A stretch of DNA of 64,000 nt from the human T2T-CHM13v2.0 reference genome, Homo sapiens. This document shows positions 41,697 through 55,258 of the stretch, piece by piece. The notes under the pieces were generated by a model. That model searched no databases, had not been told where the DNA came from, and worked only from the letters and a program-made list of their open reading frames with translations. Every line of letters begins with the position of its first letter. Position 1 is the stretch's first letter. The DNA lies in the NCBI RefSeq assembly GCF_009914755.1, contig NC_060926.1; one strand, 5' to 3'. Position numbers and translations under genes: made by a program.

Positions 41697-42309
41697 CCAC
41701 TATATTAATTGGCAATACTAGTCGAAGTGTTTACTGGATAGCTCTGTATGTGCATGCCAACAAACAGTGAGTGCGTAACACAAATGTAACTGAATTATTA
41801 CTAAAGATAACTCCACCATATGCACCATGTGGATTATAATCTATGGTGCAAATCCACTTTCTCTTCCTCACTTTACTGAATCATCTGAGAGATAGAAACA
41901 GAGAAAGTGAAGTAGGTGGCTGGGATTTTCATAATTCTCAATATTGAGGGTGTGTGTACGTGTGTGTGGGTATGTGTGTGTGTGTGCATGCACACACCCA
42001 CAGGATTGTATTTCCTCACCACCTCATGTTTACATGACTTTATCTTGTCTTCATATTTGAATTAGGATGAATAAATACTTGCATTCTTTGAGAGAGTCAC
42101 AGTATCAAATTACCTTTCGTTTTCTTGACAAAAATAGTTTTCTTAATGATAAAAGTTAAGGTCCATTTTCAAAATTAATTTGCTGAGCCACAGCAATCTT
42201 TCCATAAAAGATAACATTGACCTGCAATTTTATTATCAACCACAAAAGTAATACCTTTTTTCATAGCTCTTCCTCAATGCCCAATAAACTGTGGGTTAAG
42301 AAAGTTTCA

Positions 42310-42609
<300 letters not shown>

Positions 42610-42795
42610 TCAAGTAGAGAAAATGGGAGAGTAATAAGAAGTATTCTGCCTGCTGGTACAAGTAGATGATAACAGAGAAGAGATTTACCGTGCCTGCAAG
42701 GTCAAAATGTCAGCTTTCCAGCTGGCTCCTAGAAAATTCCTGATGAGGTAGCATCCATATGCAACAGTCATGTTTGGCTACTTAGAGGATTTTCT

Positions 42796-43078
42796 TTTCT
42801 TTATTTTTTGTTTTTGTTTTTGTTTATTGAGACAGAGTCTTGCTCTGTCGCCCAGGCTGGAGTGCAGTGGTGCAATCTCAGCTCACTGCAACCTCTGCCC
42901 CTGGGTGCAAGCAATTCTGTGCCTCAGCCTGGCTGGAATTACAGTTGCCTGCCACCACGCCTGGCTTGGGGTTTCACAGTGTTGGCTAGGCTGGTCTCAA
43001 ACTCCTGATCTCAAGTGATCCACCCGTCTCAGCCTCCCATAGTGCTGGGATTACAGGCATGAGCCACCACGCCCAGCC
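42796..43078 (-). mobile_element. Alu (AluS-type) lacking the central A-rich linker
   Basis: Antisense dimer. TSD ctacttagaggattttct at 42778-42795 and 43078-43095. Junction 'cctggct|tggggtttcac' at 42966/42967. Confidence 0.95.
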
Positions 43079-44089
43079 TACTTAGAGGATTTTCTAAAAG
43101 TTATAATTACATGAATATGGATTGATCGTCTTGAATGAATTTACTTTTTATTAGATAGTCTCCTCTCAGTATGACAAGAAGGTTGAGGTTCATTTTCTAA
43201 TACAGTATACATAACACACCAATAAGAAGAAGTATTTCTATGCAAGAGTAAAGAGGTGAGTTTGGGCCATCTTTATTCACTTTGAGACATTTCTTATGCA
43301 TGTAACCTTAAGCACTATGCTGGGAAATGGGGGCTTATAGAGGAAAACAGCATGCTAAACATGTTTAATGACACAAAATGGTACATTTGCAAATTTAATC
43401 CTAAATAGTAACACTTGATTGATGAGGTGATTATTTACCTAGAATTGAGTACTTCTCCAGTGAATGTTTAAAATAAGACAGCATACTCACCTTTTAAAGG
43501 AAATATTCAAGATTTTCTTGTGTTTAATATTAAAAGAATGTGTTTCAGAAGTACCTGAAAATATTTTTCTGCAGAGGATTTACAAATTATATGCACAAAT
43601 TTATCCTAAAAGAATCAGAACTGAGAAAGTATGCTAAGAGTTCCATTTTAGGCTTATAAACTGACTAATGAATAAAAAGCATTTATTTCATCCGTGGTCT
43701 GAACTCATATTTACCAAGAATATTTATTTTTATCTACAATGCTTGGGAAATACTTTTTCTTAAAGCCAATAGTCTTGTGGAGTGTTCAGCTTAAATTGTT
43801 TTGTGTAAATGGAAGCTGAACTTACAACCTTTTCCCACCCCCTCAAGGAAAGGAAGAAATTGAAATCCATTATGTGAATACAGCTATTTAAAACAACACG
43901 GAGTTTCAAGCTAACACAGGTGATCCTAAGAATGCAGGGCTGGACCACAACTAAGAGGTCATGCAGTCTATTCCTTTTACTTTTGGAAAGAGTGTGCTTA
44001 ATCCACACGAGAAAGGTAAAGAAACAATTCTGAAACTTTGAAGCAACGAAGATTCCATAAGTTCTACAATGTCTCATTTCTCAGTTCTT

Positions 44090-47000
44090 CTTTTTTTATA
44101 TATACTTCAAGTTCTGGGATACATGTGCAGTGCATGCAGGTTTGTTACATAGGTATGCATGTGCCAGGGTGGTTTGCTGCACCCATCAACCCACCATCTA
44201 TATTAGGTTTTTCTCCAAATGCTATCCCTCCCCTTGCCCCCCACCCCCTGACAGGCCCCTGTGTGTGATGTTCCCCTCCCTGTGCCCATATGTTCTCATT
44301 GTTCAACTCCCACTTATGAGTGAGAACATGCAGTGTTTGGTTTTCTGATCCTGTGTTAGTTTGCTGAGAATGATGGTTTCCAGCTTCATCCATGTCCCTG
44401 AAAAGGACATGAACTCATTCTTTTTTATGGCTGCATAGTATTCCATGGTGTATATGTGCCACATTTTCTTTATCCAGTCTAACAATGATGCACATTTGGG
44501 TTGGTTCCAAGTCCTTGCTATTGTGAATAGTGCTGCAATAAACATACGTGTGCCTGTGTCTTTACAGTAGAATGATTTATAATCCTTTGGGTATATACCC
44601 AGTAATGCGATTACTGGATCAAATGGTATTTCTAGTTCTAGATCCTTGAGAATCACCACACTGTCTTCCAAAATGGTTGAATTAATTTACACTCCCACCA
44701 ACAGTGTAAAAGCATTCCTATTTATCCACATCCTCTCCAGCAACTGTTGTTTCCTGACTTTTTAATGATCATCATTCTAACTGGCATGAGATGCTATCTC
44801 ATTGTGGTTTTGATTGCACTTCTTTAATGATCAGTGATGATGAGTTTTTTTTCATATGTTTGATGGTTGTATAAATGTCTTCTTTTGAAAAGTGTCTGTT
44901 CATATCCTTTGCCCACTTTTTGATAGGGTTGTTTGTTTTGTTCTTGTAAATTTGTTTAAGTTCTTTGTAGATTCTGGATAATAGCCCTTTGTCAGATGGA
45001 TAGATTTCAAGCATTTTCTCCCATTCTGTAGGTTGCCTGTTCATTCTGATGATAGTTTCTTTTGCTGTGCAAAAGCTCTTTAGTTTAATTAGATCCCATT
45101 TGTCAATTTTGGTTTTCGTTACCACTGCTTTTGGTGTTTTAGTCATTAAGTCTTTGCCCATGCCTATGTCCTGAATGGTATTGCCTAGGTTTTCTTCTAG
45201 GGTTTCTATGATTTTAGGGCTTATGTTTAAATCTTTAACCCATCTTGAGCTAATTTTTTATAAGGTGTAAGGAAGGGGTCCAGTTTCAGTTTTCTGCATA
45301 TGGCTAGCCAGTTTTCCCGACACCGTTTACTAAATAGGGAATCCTTTCCCCATTGCTTGTTTTTGTCAGGTTTGTCAAAGATCAGATGGTTGTAGATGTG
45401 TGTGATTATTTCTGAGGCCTCTGTTCTGTTCCAATGGTCTATATATCTGTTTCGGTACCAGTACCATGCTGTTTTGGTTACTGTAGCATTGTAGTATAGT
45501 TTGAAGTCAGGTAGTGTCATGCCTCCAGCTTTGTTATTTTTGCTTAGGATTGTCTTGGCTATATGGGCTCTTTTTTGGTTCCATATGAAGTTTAAAGTAG
45601 TTTTTTCTAATTATGTAAAGAAAGTCAATGGTAGCTTGATGGAAATAGCACTGAATCTATAAATTACTTTGGGCAGTATATCCATTTTCATGATATTGAT
45701 TCTTCCCATCTATGAGAATGGAATGTTTTTCCATTTGTTTGTATCCTATCTTATTTCCTCGATCAGGGGTTTGTAGTTCCCCTTGAAGAGGTCTTTCACC
45801 TCCCTTGTAAGTTGTATTCCTAGGTATTTTATTCTTTTTGTAGCAATTGTGAATGGGATTCCACTCATGATTTGGTTTTCTGTTTGTCTATTATTGGTGT
45901 ATAGGAATGTTTGTGATTTTTGCACATAGATTTTGTATCCTAAGACTTTGTTGAAGTTGCTTATCAGCTTAAGGAGTTTTGGGGCTGAGATGATGGGGTT
46001 TTCTAGACATAGGATCATGTCATCTGCAAACAGAGATAATTTGACTGTCTCTCATCCGATTTGAATATGCTTTATTTCTTTCTCTTGCCTGAATGCCCTG
46101 GCCAGAACTTCCAATAATATGTTGAATAGGAGTGGTGAGAGAGGACATCCTTGTTTTGTGCCAGTTTTCAAAGGGAATACTTCCAGCTTTTTCCCATTCA
46201 ATATGATATTGGCTGTGGGTTTGTCATAAATGGCTCTTGTTATTTTGAGATACATTCCAGCAATACCTAGTTTATTGAGTGTTTTTAGCATGAAGGGGTG
46301 TTGAATTTTATCAAAGGCCTTTTCTGCATCTGTTGAGATAATCATGTGGTTTTTGTCATTGTTTCTGTTTATGTGATGGATTATATTTATTGATTTGCAC
46401 ATGTTGAACCAGCCTTGCATCCCAGGGATAAAACCGACTTGATCATGGTGGATAAGCTTTTTATTGTGCTGCTGGATTTGGTTTGCCAGTATTTTATTGA
46501 GGATTTTTACACTGATGTTCATCAGGGATATTGGCCTAAAATTTCCTTTTTTTGCTGTGTCTCTGCCAGGTTTTGGGATTAGGGTGATGCTGGAGTCAAA
46601 AAATGAGTTAGGAAGGAGTCCCTCTTTTTCTATTGTTTGTAATACTTTCAGAAGGAATGGTTTCAGCTCCAATTTGTAATTCTGGGAGAATTCAGCTGTG
46701 ACTGTGTCTGGCCCTGGACTTTTTTTGATTGCTAGGCAATTAATTACGACCTCAGTTTCAGAACTTGTTATTGGTCTATTCAGGGATTTGACTTCTTCAT
46801 GGTTTAGTCTTGGGAGGGTGTATGTATCCAGGAATTTATCCATTTCTTCTAGATTTTCTCGTTTATTTGCATAGAGATGTCTATAGTATTCTCTGATGAT
46901 AGTTTGTATTTCTGTGGGATCAGTGGTAATCTCCCCTTTATCATTTTTCATTGTGTTTATTTGATTCTTCTCTCTTTTCTTCTTTATTAGTCTGGCTAGT

Positions 47001-47545
47001 GGTCTATTTTGTTAATCTTTTCAAAAAACCAGCTCCTGAATTCATTGACTGTTTGAAGGGTTTTTTTGTGTGTGTGTCTCTATCTCCTTCAGTTCTGCTC
47101 TGATCTTACTTATTTATTGTCTTCTGCTAGCTTTTGAGTTTGTTTGCTCTTGCTTCTCTAGTTCTTTTAATTGTGATGTTAGGGTGTCGACTTTAGAGCT
47201 TTCCCGCTTTCTCCTGTGGACACTTAGTGCTACAAATTTCCCTCTTAATACTTCTTTAGCTGTGTCCCAGAGATTCTCGTATGTTGTGTCTTTGTTCTTA
47301 TTGGTTTCAGAGAACTTATTTTTTTCTGCCTTAATTTTGTTATTTACCCAGTAGTCATTCAGGAGCAGGTTCTTCAGTTTCCATTTAGTTGTGCAGTTCT
47401 GAGTGAGTTTCTTAATCCTGAGTTCTAATTTGATTGCACTATGGTCTGAGAGACTGTTTGTTATGATTTCTGTTCTTTTGCATTTGCTGAGGAGTGTTCT
47501 TCTTCCAATTATGTGGTTGATTTTAGAATAAGTGCTATATGGTGC
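44090..47545 (-). mobile_element. LINE-1 (L1PA7-like), non-inverted 3' segment (ORF2 remnant, 3' UTR, tail)
   Basis: Minus-strand ORFs between 44303 and 47554 translate to L1 ORF2p pieces. 3' end in antisense reads 'gttctgggatacatgtgcag...gtttgttacataggta'. Confidence 0.96.
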
Positions 47546-48187
47546 CATCATCACTATGAAGAAACTGCATCAACTAATGGGCCAAATAACCAGCTAGCAT
47601 CATAAAGACAGGATCAAATTCACACATAACAATATTAACCCTAAATGTATACGGGCTAAATGCCCCAATTAAAAGGCACAGACTGGCAAATTTGATAAAG
47701 AGTCAAGACCCATCAGTGTGCTGTATTCAGGAGACCCATCTCACGTGCAAAGACACACATAGGCTCAAAATAAAGGGATGTAGGAATATTTACCAAGCAA
47801 ATGAAAAGCAAAAAAAAAGCAAGGGTTGCAATCCTAGTCTCTGATAAAACAGACTTTAAACCACCAAAGATCAAATGACAAAGAGGGCATTACATAATGG
47901 CAAAGGGATCAATGCAACAAGAAGAGCTAACTATCCTAAACATATATGCACCCAATACAGGAGCACCCAGATACACAAAGCAAGTTCTTAGAGACCTACA
48001 AAGAGATTTACACTCCCACACAATAATAGTGGGAAACTTTAACACCCCTCTGTCAATATCAGACAGATCAACAAGATAGAAAATTAACAAGGATATTCAA
48101 GACTTGAACTCAGCTCTCGACCAAGCAGAGCTAATAGACATCTACAGAACTCTCCACCCCAAATCAACAGAATATACATTCTTCTCA
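47546..48187 (+). mobile_element. Inverted 5' segment of the same L1 (inter-ORF spacer and ORF2 endonuclease N-terminus)
   Basis: 'cactatgaagaaactgcatcaactaatg...gacaggatcaaattcacac'. ORF 47897-48079 gives 'LTILNIYAPNTGAPR'. TSD ttctca(g/a)ttctt at 44078-44089 and 48182-48193. Confidence 0.94.
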
Positions 48188-48240
48188 ATTCTTTATACAA
48201 ATATGAAAAGATAATTTATTTCTCAGTAGGTTAACTCTAA

Positions 48241-48558
48241 TTTCTTTTTTTCTTTTTCTTTTTTTTTTTTTTTTTGATGCAGAGTCTCAGTCTGTTGCCC
48301 AGGCTGGAGAGCAGTTGCACAATCTTGTCTCACTGCAACTTTTTCCTCCCAGGTTCAAGCGATTCTCATGCCTCAGCCTCCCAAGTAGCTTGTATTACAG
48401 GCTCCTGCCACCACGCCCGGCTAATTTGTGTATTTTTAGTGGAGATAGGGTTTTGCCATATTGGCCAGGCTGGTCTCGAACTGCTGACCTCAGGTGATCT
48501 GCACAACTTGGGCCTCACAAAATGCTGGTATTACAGTCATGAGCCACCATGCCTGGTC
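48241..48558 (-). mobile_element. Alu (AluSx-type)
   Basis: T-tail followed by an antisense dimer with 'tgacctcaggtgatc'. Confidence 0.94.
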
Positions 48559-48590
48559 AAATCCAATTTTTATATCACATCTTTTAGTAT

Positions 48591-48768
48591 AAGGCTTCTC
48601 AAATTTTAAAGATTCATAAAAATTACCTGAATATCTTGTTAAAATGCACTTTCTGAATCAGGTGGTCTATGGTGGCAGGTTTTTCAGGTTTCTCATTTCT
48701 AACAAGTTCCCAGTGATGATGCTGCTGCCTGGTCCAGGGACCACATTTGGGGGTGTGGTAGCAATGCT
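48591..48768. mobile_element. MER5A-like hAT-Charlie DNA transposon
   Basis: 'ttctcaaattttaa...cttgttaaaatgca...catttctaacaagttcccagtgatgatgctgctgcctggtccagggaccaca'. Confidence 0.78.
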
Positions 48769-50322
48769 CTAGAAATGGGAAATGTAGATCTAGAAGTACA
48801 CTAAGAAGACGCTTAGCCTGACACATGTGTTTTATTAAAGGATTTCAGCTACTTTGGTAGATAGCTTTCTTTTTCTGTTTCACGTATTCATTAAAACAAT
48901 TGTAAAATATTCAATGGCAAACAGAATCCTAGTATTTTGTATTTTTGTATGTAGCACAGAGGCTGTACAACCACCAAACAAAATGTTACAGAGCAGTGCA
49001 AGGATTTGGCCAACAATGCATATGACAATGTCATATTGAATAATATTAGGCAAAACATATAGACTTGAATTAGCCAATAGCCATATCATTTGTTACATAC
49101 AGCCATTATACACATTTATACGTTTCTGTCACTTGTTAACTATTGAGACACTGGAGTTTCAAATCCCTGTTGATGGCTGGACATTAAGTTGGTAGTTGGC
49201 AAGATAAGTTTAGATTCCTTTTTCAGTTTTAACATTCTATCATGTGGCATGACAGTATTAAAGAACTTGCTCACATTCACGTAACTGTCTTGCCTTAAAG
49301 ATGGGAACATAGCAGCTTTCAGTTTAAGTTAAGTGCATTATGTAGCCTCTAAACCTTCAGTCATTCAAATGGTCCTTTCCTTACCAAGAGACCATAAACA
49401 TATATATAAAATTGGATCTTACATTTGATTTTTGAAAACATTGGAAGTACTTTTTACAATTTTCTTAGCTTGTGTCAAGTGGACCAAACACTTTGATAAA
49501 TAATTAACATTTCACTTTGTGAATGTGTCATCATCTAGGCAGAACTATTAAAAATGCATTTTATCTAGGCAGGTTTTGGATAGTCACATTGTGGAAAATG
49601 TCCCTTAACACATGAGAATTTTTAAAGAAAAATGTGCTTTGTTGGTGTAAATCTCTTATCTAGTAGCAGGTTCTTGTATTTCCATTTGGATTTTTCTTAA
49701 TGCCCATTTTCTCTATAGTATGAGACTTCTTACCACTATTTGTTACAAATCATATTATACATGCATGCTATTACAATCTCCACTTTTCAAACAGTTATTG
49801 TTTTCATTGGGGAAATTGGGTTTATATTCTCCTGGATTTTTTAATTACTTGAGTATGTCTTCAAGAAGTGGGGCATAGAATGTGGATATGTTCTAAGACT
49901 GCCTGCTGCCTAATCCTTTCATTCATCTTACATTGGTATGTCCAGGAAATATGGATGCTATTTCCGGATCATGGAACTAAATGACTTAAATTAAATGTCC
50001 ATTTTTTTCAAACAGATGTCACTACTGATACTCATCTGTATTTTGTTCTATTGAATATTGTCTATTCTCTTCTTTTACATCTTATAGATTAAATATACAT
50101 AATAATAAAATCTGGTTAACAAAAAGGTACTTGATGATACTAAAATAATTAGAGGCTTTAAAAATCTATCATTTTTAATATGAATTACTTTTCTATTTAA
50201 AAGCACCAAGCTGATTATGCTATAGTGAATCTATTAGTCTGAAAGTGTACAGTCAATGGAAATTGAATATAAGAGAATATCAAATATATATCATAAGATT
50301 GAGAGGTTACATACTCAGTAAT

Positions 50323-50676
50323 TGATATGGTTTAGCCGTGTCCTCAACCAAATCTCATCTTGAATTCCCATGTGTTGTGGGAGAGACCTGGTGGGAGGTA
50401 ATTGAATCATGGGGGCAGGTCTTTCTTATGTTGCTCTCATGACAATGAATAAGTTTCATGAGATCTGATGGTTTTAAAAATGGGAGTTTCCCTGCACAAT
50501 CTCTCTCTTTGCCTGCTGTCATCCATGTAAGATGTGACTTGCTCCTCCTTGCCTTCCGCCATGGTTGCAAGGCCTCCCCAGCCATGTGGAACAGTAAGTC
50601 CATTAAACCTCTCTTCCTTTTGTATACTACCCAGTCATGGGTATGTATTAATCAGTAGCATGAAAGTGGACTAATA
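50323..50676 (+). mobile_element. THE1B-like 5' LTR
   Basis: 'tgatatggtttagccgtgtcc...caaatctcatcttgaattcccatgtgttgtggga...gagatctgatggtttt...ccccagccatgtggaac...ggactaata'. Confidence 0.92.
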
Positions 50677-52251
50677 AATTGGTACCAGTAGAGTGGGGTG
50701 TTGCTGAAAAGATACCCCAAAATGTGAAAGTGACTTAGGAACTGGGTAAAGGCAGAATTTGGAAGAGTTTGGAGGGCTCAGAAGAAGACAGGAAAATGTG
50801 CAAAAGTTTGGAGCTCCCTAGAGACTTGTTGAATGGCTTTGACCAAAATGCTAATAATGATACAGACAATGAAATCCAGAGTGAGGTGGTATCAGACAGA
50901 AATGAGGAACTTTTTGGGAAATGGAATAAAGATGACTGTTGTTATGTTTTAGCAAAGAGACTGGTGGCATTTTGCCCCTGCCTTAGAGATCTGTGGAACT
51001 TTGAAACTGAGAGAGATGATTTAGAGTATCCAACAGAAGAAATTTCTAAGCAGCAAAACATTCAAGATGTGACCTGTTTGCTGTTAGAAGCATTCAGTTA
51101 TTGAGGAAGGAAAGCATAAGAGTTTAGAAAATTTGCAGCCTGACAATGCGATAGAAAAGAAAATTCCATTTTCTGAGGAGAAATTCAAGTCGACTGCAGA
51201 AATTTGCATAAGTAATGAGAAGCCAAAAGTAAATCCCCAAGACAATAGAGGAAATATCTCTAGGGCATGTCAGAAGCCTTCACAGCAGCCCCTCCCATCA
51301 CAGGCCTGGAGGCCTAGAGGGAAAAAATGGTTTTGTGGGCCAGGTCCAGGGTCCCCGTGCTGTGTGTGTGCAGCCTAAGGGCTCGGTGCCCTGCATCCCA
51401 GCAACTCCAGCTATGGCTAAAATTGGCCAAGGTACAGCTTGAGCCATGGCTTCAGAAGGTGCAAGCCCCAAGCCTTGGCAGCTCCCATGTGGTGTTGAGC
51501 CTGCAGGTATACAGAAGTCAAGAATTGAGGTTTGGGAACCTCCAACCAGATTTCAGAGGATGTATGGAAATGTCTGGATGCCCAGGCAAAGTTTGCTGCA
51601 GGGGTGGGTCCCTCATGAAAAACCTCTGCTAGGGCCATATGAAAGGAAAATGTGGGGTTGGAGCCCCCACACAAAGTCTGTACTGGGGCACCACCTAGTG
51701 GAGTTGTGAGAAGAGGGACACTGTCCTCTAGACCCCAGAGGGTAGATCCACTGACAGATTGCACTATGTGTCTGGAAAAGCAGCAGATGCTCAATGTCTG
51801 CCTGGAATGCAGCCAGGAGGGAGGCTGTACCCTGCACAGCCACAGGGGCAGACCTGCCCAAGACCATGGGAACCCATATCTTGCATGAGCGTGACCTGGA
51901 TGTGAGACCTGGAGTCAAGGGATATCATTTTGGAGCCTTAAGATTTGACAGTCCCACTGGATTTCTGACTTGCATGGAGTCTGTAGTCCCATTGTTTTGG
52001 CCATTTTCTCCAATTTAAACCAGCTGTATTTACCCAATGCCTTTACCCCCTTTGTATCTAGGAAGTAACTAACTTGCTTTTGATTTTACAGGCTTATAGG
52101 CAGAAGAGACTTGCCTTGTCTTGGATGAGACTTTGGACTGTGGACTTTTGAATTAATACTGTAATGAGTTAAGACTTTGGGGGACCATTGGGAAGGCATG
52201 ATTGGTTTTGAAATGTGTGGACATGAGATTTGAGAGGGGCCAGGGGCAGAA
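50677..52251 (+). mobile_element. THE1-int internal region (~1.57 kb)
   Basis: Starts 'aattggtaccagtagagtggggtgttgctgaaaagatacc' and ends at the polypurine tract 'gaggggccaggggcagaa'. ORF fragments 'EGSEEDRKM...LELPRDLLNGFDQNA' are typical of MaLR-int. Confidence 0.93.
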
Positions 52252-52256
52252 TGATA

Positions 52257-52423
52257 TGGAAGAGGTAAGGAACAGATTTTCCTCCTGAGTCTCTGTAGGG
52301 AGTGTGGCACTGCTGACACCTTGATTTTGGCTGGCCTCCAGAACTGTAAGAGGGTAAGTTTCTGTTGCTTTATGCTACAAGGTTTGTGGTTCTTTGTTAT
52401 GAGAGCCCTAGGAAACTAATACA
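52257..52423 (+). mobile_element. MLT1B/C-like LTR 3' fragment fused where the THE1 3' LTR should be
   Basis: 'ggaagaggtaaggaacagattttcctcctgagtctc...tgctgacaccttgatttt...gcctccagaactgtaaga...gccctaggaaactaataca'. Confidence 0.85.
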
Positions 52424-53710
52424 AATGGTATTCAAAGCAGTAAAGAAGTGCTTATGAGCATTAATAATGATCAGAAGGTGTCTAGGAAAGAGGGCAGGCA
52501 GAGAGTGGAGGGAACAGCATTGCCAAGCCCTGGAAGTGAGAAGGGATAATGGCACGTTTAAGGTAGAGCAGTGAGAGAAGTTCAGTACAGCAGATCCTGA
52601 CAGTTCTGAAATGATTCTTTTTTCCTTCCTGGCCAGTGTTCCAGAAATTATACTTTACTCTTTACGTAATAAACAATATCAACAAACTATGCAACAGAAA
52701 GCTTCACAGACAGTTTCCTACACCAAGGAGAAGTATAAAAATTCACTGCTTTTTGATTGTTTTAGAGCTTAGTCTCCAGCTCTTTCAGAAAAGAACAACG
52801 TAGGAGGTAACAGTGAAATCAGTAAGTATTGTGTTTTTTCTGAATTGAGCAAATTGAAAGCAAACTCAACCCAGTTCCTAGATCACAACTCCCAGAAAAT
52901 AATTGACTGGGTAACTCGAGCTCAGCCAAGGGGTCCTTCTCAGCCAATCAAAGGAGAGAGCTTCAGGGAGACTTATGACAGCCTCCAAATCCAGGTGGAA
53001 CACAAAAGCCCCTGCAAGATACTCTTAGAAAACAAACTCAGAAATTCCAATCTTTGCTTGGGGAGCAGAATATCCTCAGAAGCAGGGAATGCACACCCAC
53101 AGCACTTACGGCTGAAGGCGTACATTTTATTTTCACTTGAGGGCTTTCCTGGTTGGAACACTGCTGTCATATTATACCTGCCCCTTATGGATACCACTGT
53201 GCTTATAATACTCTCTACTATGAAAAAAATACTTGTTCATTCGGCATATTGAAAAGAGGGAAGGCATAAATATAAATGCTTTGCAAAATATTAAGAAGGA
53301 AGTGAAGTGAATTTAAGAAGTTAATAACAACCTTGCTGATAAGGCACAACAAATGGGTTATAACTAGAGTTTGCAAGCTATTAATATTCTATGGATATTC
53401 AGGAAAGGGAGATAGCTGCAATGGGCTAGTTATATTTTTCAGGCATCTCACAGCAATTCCTTCTTTTTTAATATCTGGGATGCAAACCCACATGTACTGT
53501 ACAAGACTTCATTTCTTGATCAAAAATAAGGTTGATTTCTGTTCCAAGATTATATTTGCTTACTGAATAATTGGTAGGGCTTTATTGATGATCTTTTAGA
53601 GACACTCATTCCACTTATTCTCTCTGTCCAGAATGTGGCTTATTTAATTTCTTAATAATATAGCAATAGCTGAACCATGCCAATTCGTATAACAATCACA
53701 AAGCAAAAAC

Positions 53711-53711
<1 letters not shown>

Positions 53712-53757
<46 letters not shown>
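53712..53757. repeat. (CA)n microsatellite, ~23 units
   Basis: Uninterrupted AC run seen directly. Confidence 0.97.
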
Positions 53758-53759
<2 letters not shown>

Positions 53760-54930
53760 TATCCAGTTATCAACTTTAAAGCAAAAACTATCCTCCCCAC
53801 GATATCTTCACTATCTTCTTTCTCTTATAGTTTCAATTCCTAGCAGTAGATGTACTCATAAAGGAATCACTGAGAATAGAGTTTTAAAATGCATTACAAT
53901 TTTTTCAAATCCTGAGATTTAGTTCTTTTCTAATTGTCACATATTGTGAAATGAGAGAAAGAAGCTTTGAGCAAATGAAATAAGGGAAGGGCTAATTTTG
54001 ATTAAGGAAAATTACATGATTCCTTAAATCTGTAATATGAGGCCTCCAGGGGATGTCATCTTGTAGAATTTTATAGCAAGCACTGGGTAATTTTACAGCA
54101 ACCTGAACATATTGAAAGCTGAAAATAATGTTGAGTTGTTCACTAGGGTGCTGAAAAGATGAATAAGAAGCAAAAAATTAAATTAAACTTATGTAATTTA
54201 CTAGGATGACATAGTTTTTATATACATCCAATGGATTAGTTTTTTTTTTACAAAGGTTTATCTACTTTGTGTTTGGAAAATCATGGGAAGAACCTTTTCA
54301 GTTTCTGGCTGAAAATCATGACTGAGTCTCTAAAAATATCACAGCTATATTAAGAAGTCACAATAAGAGAGGGAATTTATAGGCTAGTACGTAGAATACA
54401 TTAAATGTAATTCTATGGCATTCTTATTTTTTACCAAAAATCACAAGTGAATATATTCTGAGTCCATGTAGTATCACAAATAACCTTAAGTTGCCATCAT
54501 TTAACTTAGTGTCCCACATTTGTATTAGAGGCATCAACATGAACATTACCCTCTCTTTGTATATCATTAGTTCTAATTTGTCAAATTTCCCTTTGCACTT
54601 TGATTTCTTGGTGGAGAAAAAAATATGACAAGATGATATTCTGTCCACTGTATAAAAACCTCCTGAGTAAAGGCTCAAATTAAGAAATTGAAAGGGAACT
54701 GGTTGAGGGAGGCATACAAAGGCCCATATCTTTTCTATGTAGTTAGCATACCATATACTTAGTTTGTGGAGAGTTGGTTTGTTGGTTAAAATCATAGTGT
54801 CAAAGCATGCACAGCTGTTCTGTTTTGTTTTTCAGAAGCCTGGGGTTCTCTTTTATATTACCCTCTCTTATGACCCATGTTAAGTAAATATTTAAGTTAT
54901 CAAAAGGGTTGTCTAAAATATAACTGGTCT

Positions 54931-55258
<328 letters not shown>

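Noticed and set aside
50355-52319. Dense cluster of overlapping ORFs
   Set aside because: All lie inside THE1 LTR/internal sequence, fragmented by stops and frameshifts.
52845-53252. 135-aa ORF in non-repeat-looking DNA
   Set aside because: Non-ATG start, no recognisable domain and no convincing splice framing.
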